This document shows positions 21,392 through 24,000 of a stretch of DNA of 24,000 nt, in pieces. Position 1 is the first letter of the stretch. Every line of letters begins with the position of its first letter. Source of the DNA: Oleomonas cavernae (GTDB lineage Bacteria; Pseudomonadota; Alphaproteobacteria; Zavarziniales; Zavarziniaceae). The notes under the pieces were generated by a model that did no database searches, was not told the origin of the DNA, and worked only from the letters and a program-made list of their open reading frames with translations. The position numbers and the translations under genes were made by a program. The DNA lies in NCBI RefSeq assembly GCF_003590945.1, contig NZ_QYUK01000011.1, positions 2,922,909 to 2,946,908 of the forward strand, in the 5' to 3' direction.

Positions 21392-21616
21392 ATGGAATTC
21401 AACCTCGAGGCCACCAGCGACGAGATCTCGGCCGAGATCCTCACCGCCTACCTCGCCGGCTATGGCACGGCCGCCCTGTACGAAAATACGATCGACGTCT
21501 GGACCGCCAAGACCGGCGGGCCCGAAGCCTATGCCAAGCGCCTGTTCGAGAATCAGTGGCAGCGCAAAGCCTATGCCCAGGGCTTCGGCGACCGGCTGGG
21601 GTCGGCGGGGAAATAA
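21392..21616 (+). CDS. small hypothetical protein (74 aa)
   Basis: ATG 21392 is preceded by GGAGG (21381-21385). GC-rich third positions run through the ORF: MEFNLEATSDEISAEILTAYLAGYGTAALYENTIDVWTAKTGGPEAYAKRLFENQWQRKAYAQGFGDRLGSAGK. No family recognised. The longer track ORF from 21260 does not look coding upstream of 21392. Confidence 0.5.
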   Translation: MEFNLEATSDEISAEILTAYLAGYGTAALYENTIDVWTAKTGGPEAYAKRLFENQWQRKAYAQGFGDRLGSAGK

Positions 21617-21647
21617 CCTCTCTTTCCAGGACCAGGCACCTCTCTTG

Positions 21648-21757
21648 TCGTCATGGCCGGGCGAAGTCCCGGCCATCCACGTCGGCAAGCTGCCTCTTGC
21701 GTCAACGGATGTGGCTCGTCCCGACGTGGATGACCGGGACAAGCCCGGTCATGACGA
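21648..21757. repeat. inverted pair of REP-like elements between convergent genes (possible bidirectional terminator)
   Basis: Copy 1 at 21648-21685 is tcgtcatggccgggcgaagtcccggccatccacgtcgg. Copy 2 at 21721-21757 is its near reverse complement. Each copy has a 9-bp-stem hairpin (atggccggg/cccggccat; atgaccggg/cccggtcat). Outer 11-bp pairing joins atccacgtcgg and ccgacgtggat. Confidence 0.8.
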
Positions 21758-21789
21758 GTGAGAGTGATGCCGAAGTCTATGGGGTGACT

Positions 21790-22815
21790 CTATGGGGCGA
21801 CGGCGGCGATCTTGCTGACGGAGCGGTTGCGTGCCCAGTGGGACTGGACCACGCGGTCGAAGGTGGCGGGGCGCGATTTCAGGGAACGAGTGGCCAGCCA
21901 CAGCCGCTTCAGGTGCCGCTTGATGCCGTGGAGCACGTCGTCCTCGTAGGCCGTGCGGCCGTGCAGGACATGGTAGTTGTTGATGAACTGCATCTCGCCC
22001 GGGCGCAGGTCCATGTAGACGTTGTAGGCCGGGTCGTTGGCCATGGCGCTGACCGCATCGAGCGCTTCGAGCGTCAGGCCGGACAGGCGCGGGGCCTGCG
22101 CATGGCGCTGCGAGGCCTTGATATACTGCGGGATGAAGCGCACGAACAGGCGCCCGTCATGCTCGGTGAAGACCGGCCGGGTGTAGAACGGCTTGCCGCC
22201 CGGCGGCTCCTCGCCGCGGAAATCCCAGGGCAGGTCCTCGTAGAGCGCCGCCACCAGGTCGGGCCGCCGCGCCAGCAGGTCGTTGTAGATCGCCACGACA
22301 TTGGCGACACACGACAGGCCGCCCGACTTGGCGGCACGCAGGCACATCAGGCCGACCAGGTCGGAGCCGTCGGTGTGGTAGTCGAGGGCGATCAGGCCCA
22401 GTTCGTTGCCCCTGGCCTCCGGGTCGGTGATCCGGCGGCCCTGGTCGGTGACGTCGCCCATCACGTGGCCATGCTTGTTCTGCGGCCAGGGATCCCCTAG
22501 GTGCATGCCGATGCCCCAATAGAGCATGGTCAGGTCGTCGTCGCCGTAGCGCGCCGTGTCCAGGGCGGCGATGCGCACGAAGCCGCGGCCGTCGATCAAT
22601 TCGCGCGCGACGTCGCGCAGCTTGAGCAGCAGGCCGTCCAGCGGAAAGGCTTCGCGCCCGATCGCCAGCAGATCGTCGGAGACCGAGCGCGCCACGGCCA
22701 GGGCATGGTCCAGTTCGCGGTGATCGGCCGGGGTCAGGGTGACGGTCCAGCGGGCGGTGTCGCGCACATCGTCGGATTTCCAGTTCACGTGGGTGTCGAG
22801 CGGGCGCGGGATCAT
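21790..22815 (-). CDS. TauD/TfdA-family Fe(II)/2-oxoglutarate-dependent dioxygenase
   Basis: From ATG 22815 (MIPRPLDTHVNWK...), 341 aa. HTDGSD gives the HxD iron ligands, with a distal His in NNYHVLHGRTAY. ATGA overlap with the upstream gene's stop at 22812-22814. Confidence 0.8.
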   Translation of the reverse strand: MIPRPLDTHVNWKSDDVRDTARWTVTLTPADHRELDHALAVARSVSDDLLAIGREAFPLDGLLLKLRDVARELIDGRGFVRIAALDTARYGDDDLTMLYWGIGMHLGDPWPQNKHGHVMGDVTDQGRRITDPEARGNELGLIALDYHTDGSDLVGLMCLRAAKSGGLSCVANVVAIYNDLLARRPDLVAALYEDLPWDFRGEEPPGGKPFYTRPVFTEHDGRLFVRFIPQYIKASQRHAQAPRLSGLTLEALDAVSAMANDPAYNVYMDLRPGEMQFINNYHVLHGRTAYEDDVLHGIKRHLKRLWLATRSLKSRPATFDRVVQSHWARNRSVSKIAAVAP

Positions 22816-24000
22816 GGCCGTCCCCCCTGCGGCCCGCGCACCAGGCGCCCGGGCAAGGCCTCCGTCGCCTCGCCGTCGCGGTAGGTCTCGACGCCGGAGA
22901 CGATCGTATGGCGATAGCCCCGCGCCTTCTGCAGCAGGCGCTTGCCGCCCGCCGGCAGGTCGAAGGCCATCACCGGCCGCTCGACGCTCAAGCGCTCGAA
23001 ATCGATCACGTTGATGTCCGCCTTCAGGCCCGGCGCCAGCACGCCCCGGTCGTGGAGGCCGACGGCCCGCGCTGTATCGGCCGTCTGCCGCCTGACCAGC
23101 CAGGGCAGGTCGAAACGCCCCTGTGCCCGGTCGCGGCCCCAATGGGTCAGCAGGTAGGTGGCGAAGCTGGCGTCCGAGATGATGCCGACATGGGCGCCGC
23201 CGTCGCCCAGGCCCATCAGCGTGTTGGGATTGGCCATCATCTCGCGGCAGGCATCGAGATTGTAGTGGGCATAGTTCACGAAAGGCGCGAACAGGAAGGC
23301 CCGCCCCTCGTCCTCCAACAGCAGGTCGTAGGCCAGTTCGGCGGCAGCAATGCCCAGCACCTGGGCCTGGGCCGCGATCGACTGGTCCGCCGCCGGCTCG
23401 TAATTGACCGGGTTACCCATGGGGAAAATGCGCTGAAAGGCGGTGAGCAGTTGCATCAGGCCCGGCAGCCGGGGCGCGGCCTTGGCCTGTTCCAGGATGC
23501 GTGCGCGAACATCAGGGTCGCGCAGGATCGCCACCCGTTCCGGAAGCGGCCTCTCCGCGATCTCGCGGTATGCCTCGAGGCCCGAGAAGCAATTGGCGCT
23601 GGCCTGTAACCCGAGGAGAACACCGATCGGCCGCGGCGCCACCTGGGCCTTCAGGGGCAACCCGTCGGCCACCGCCCGGTCGATCAAGCCCAACAGCACA
23701 CGCCAGCCTTCGGGCGCGCCGTGCGCCTGGCCCAGCGACAGGGACATGGGCCGGCCCGCGGCCGCCAGGATCCGCCGGATCATGGCGAATTCGCTCATCA
23801 AGTCCGGCGTGTCGAAATCGGAGATCAGTTCCATGACCCCCCGCCCGGCGTCCTTCAGCCCCAGGGCGATGCCGGTCAATTCCGCCTCGGTCGCGCGCAG
23901 CGACGGGGTGGGATCGCCGGTGACCGTGCGGTGGTTCAGGGTGCGGGAGGTGGAAAAGCCGATGGCGCCCGCCTGCATCGCCTGCGCCGCCAGGCGGCGC
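22812..24000 (-). CDS. N-acyl-D-amino-acid deacylase (D-aminoacylase) family amidohydrolase, 5' end beyond window
   Basis: ...AMQAGAIGFSTSRTLNHR...GLGDGGAHVGIISDASFATYLLTHWGRDR...GVLAPGLKADINVIDFERL...GYRHTIVSGVETYRDGE is typical of the family. The frame stays open to position 24000 (RRLAAQA precedes the first Met). Confidence 0.75.
   Translation of the reverse strand, partial: RRLAAQAMQAGAIGFSTSRTLNHRTVTGDPTPSLRATEAELTGIALGLKDAGRGVMELISDFDTPDLMSEFAMIRRILAAAGRPMSLSLGQAHGAPEGWRVLLGLIDRAVADGLPLKAQVAPRPIGVLLGLQASANCFSGLEAYREIAERPLPERVAILRDPDVRARILEQAKAAPRLPGLMQLLTAFQRIFPMGNPVNYEPAADQSIAAQAQVLGIAAAELAYDLLLEDEGRAFLFAPFVNYAHYNLDACREMMANPNTLMGLGDGGAHVGIISDASFATYLLTHWGRDRAQGRFDLPWLVRRQTADTARAVGLHDRGVLAPGLKADINVIDFERLSVERPVMAFDLPAGGKRLLQKARGYRHTIVSGVETYRDGEATEALPGRLVRGPQGGRP

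Noticed and set aside
21134-22500. ORFs 21134..21742 (-), 21213..21761 (+) and 21556..22500 (+)
   Set aside because: They run through the intergenic region and the REP pair (TSPVMTSE / TSPGHDDK peptides) or lie antisense to the TauD-family gene. Composition is non-coding-like.
22816-23142. 109-aa N-terminal extension of the TauD-family ORF (track start 23142)
   Set aside because: The extension (MGPRPGTGAFRPALAG...RRR-rich) overlaps the amidohydrolase gene in another frame. The family-typical sequence begins at ATG 22815, which overlaps the upstream stop as ATGA.

Overview
High-GC chromosomal window (GC judged by eye, not computed) with alphaproteobacterial, Rhodospirillales-like gene content and synteny. 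It is almost entirely core housekeeping. Plus strand, 1-13.2 kb: tail of rplU, rpmA, obg, proB, proA, nadD, rsfS, rlmH, gpmI, an EnvC-like degenerate-LytM activator, ctpA, a YibQ-like divergent polysaccharide deacetylase, rppH, an alpha/beta hydrolase and a small secreted protein. Minus strand, 13.2-24 kb: a lipoprotein, a DUF559 gene, a diiron (acyl-ACP-desaturase-like) protein, a second lipoprotein, the complete F1 ATP synthase operon atpHAGDC, and a translationally coupled D-aminoacylase-family/TauD-family pair that runs off the window end. A small plus-strand orphan CDS lies between the atp operon and that pair. I found no CRISPR array, tRNA/rRNA, integrase, recognisable transposase or defence island. 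The most unusual item is the DUF559 gene. It sits in a 505-bp unit with perfect 45-bp terminal inverted repeats and an 8-bp flanking direct repeat. Removing the unit regenerates an intact REP-type hairpin, so it looks like a small insertion element with no known transposase. A gene-less miniature with the same architecture lies between proA and nadD. Second, three genes (obg, the yibQ-like gene, probably rsfS) have frame breaks, each repaired by adding one base to a homopolymer run. I read these as sequence-quality artefacts rather than biology. A different REP-like family forms an inverted pair between convergent genes at 21.65 kb. All functional calls rest on my reading of motifs in the supplied translations; no database search was run.
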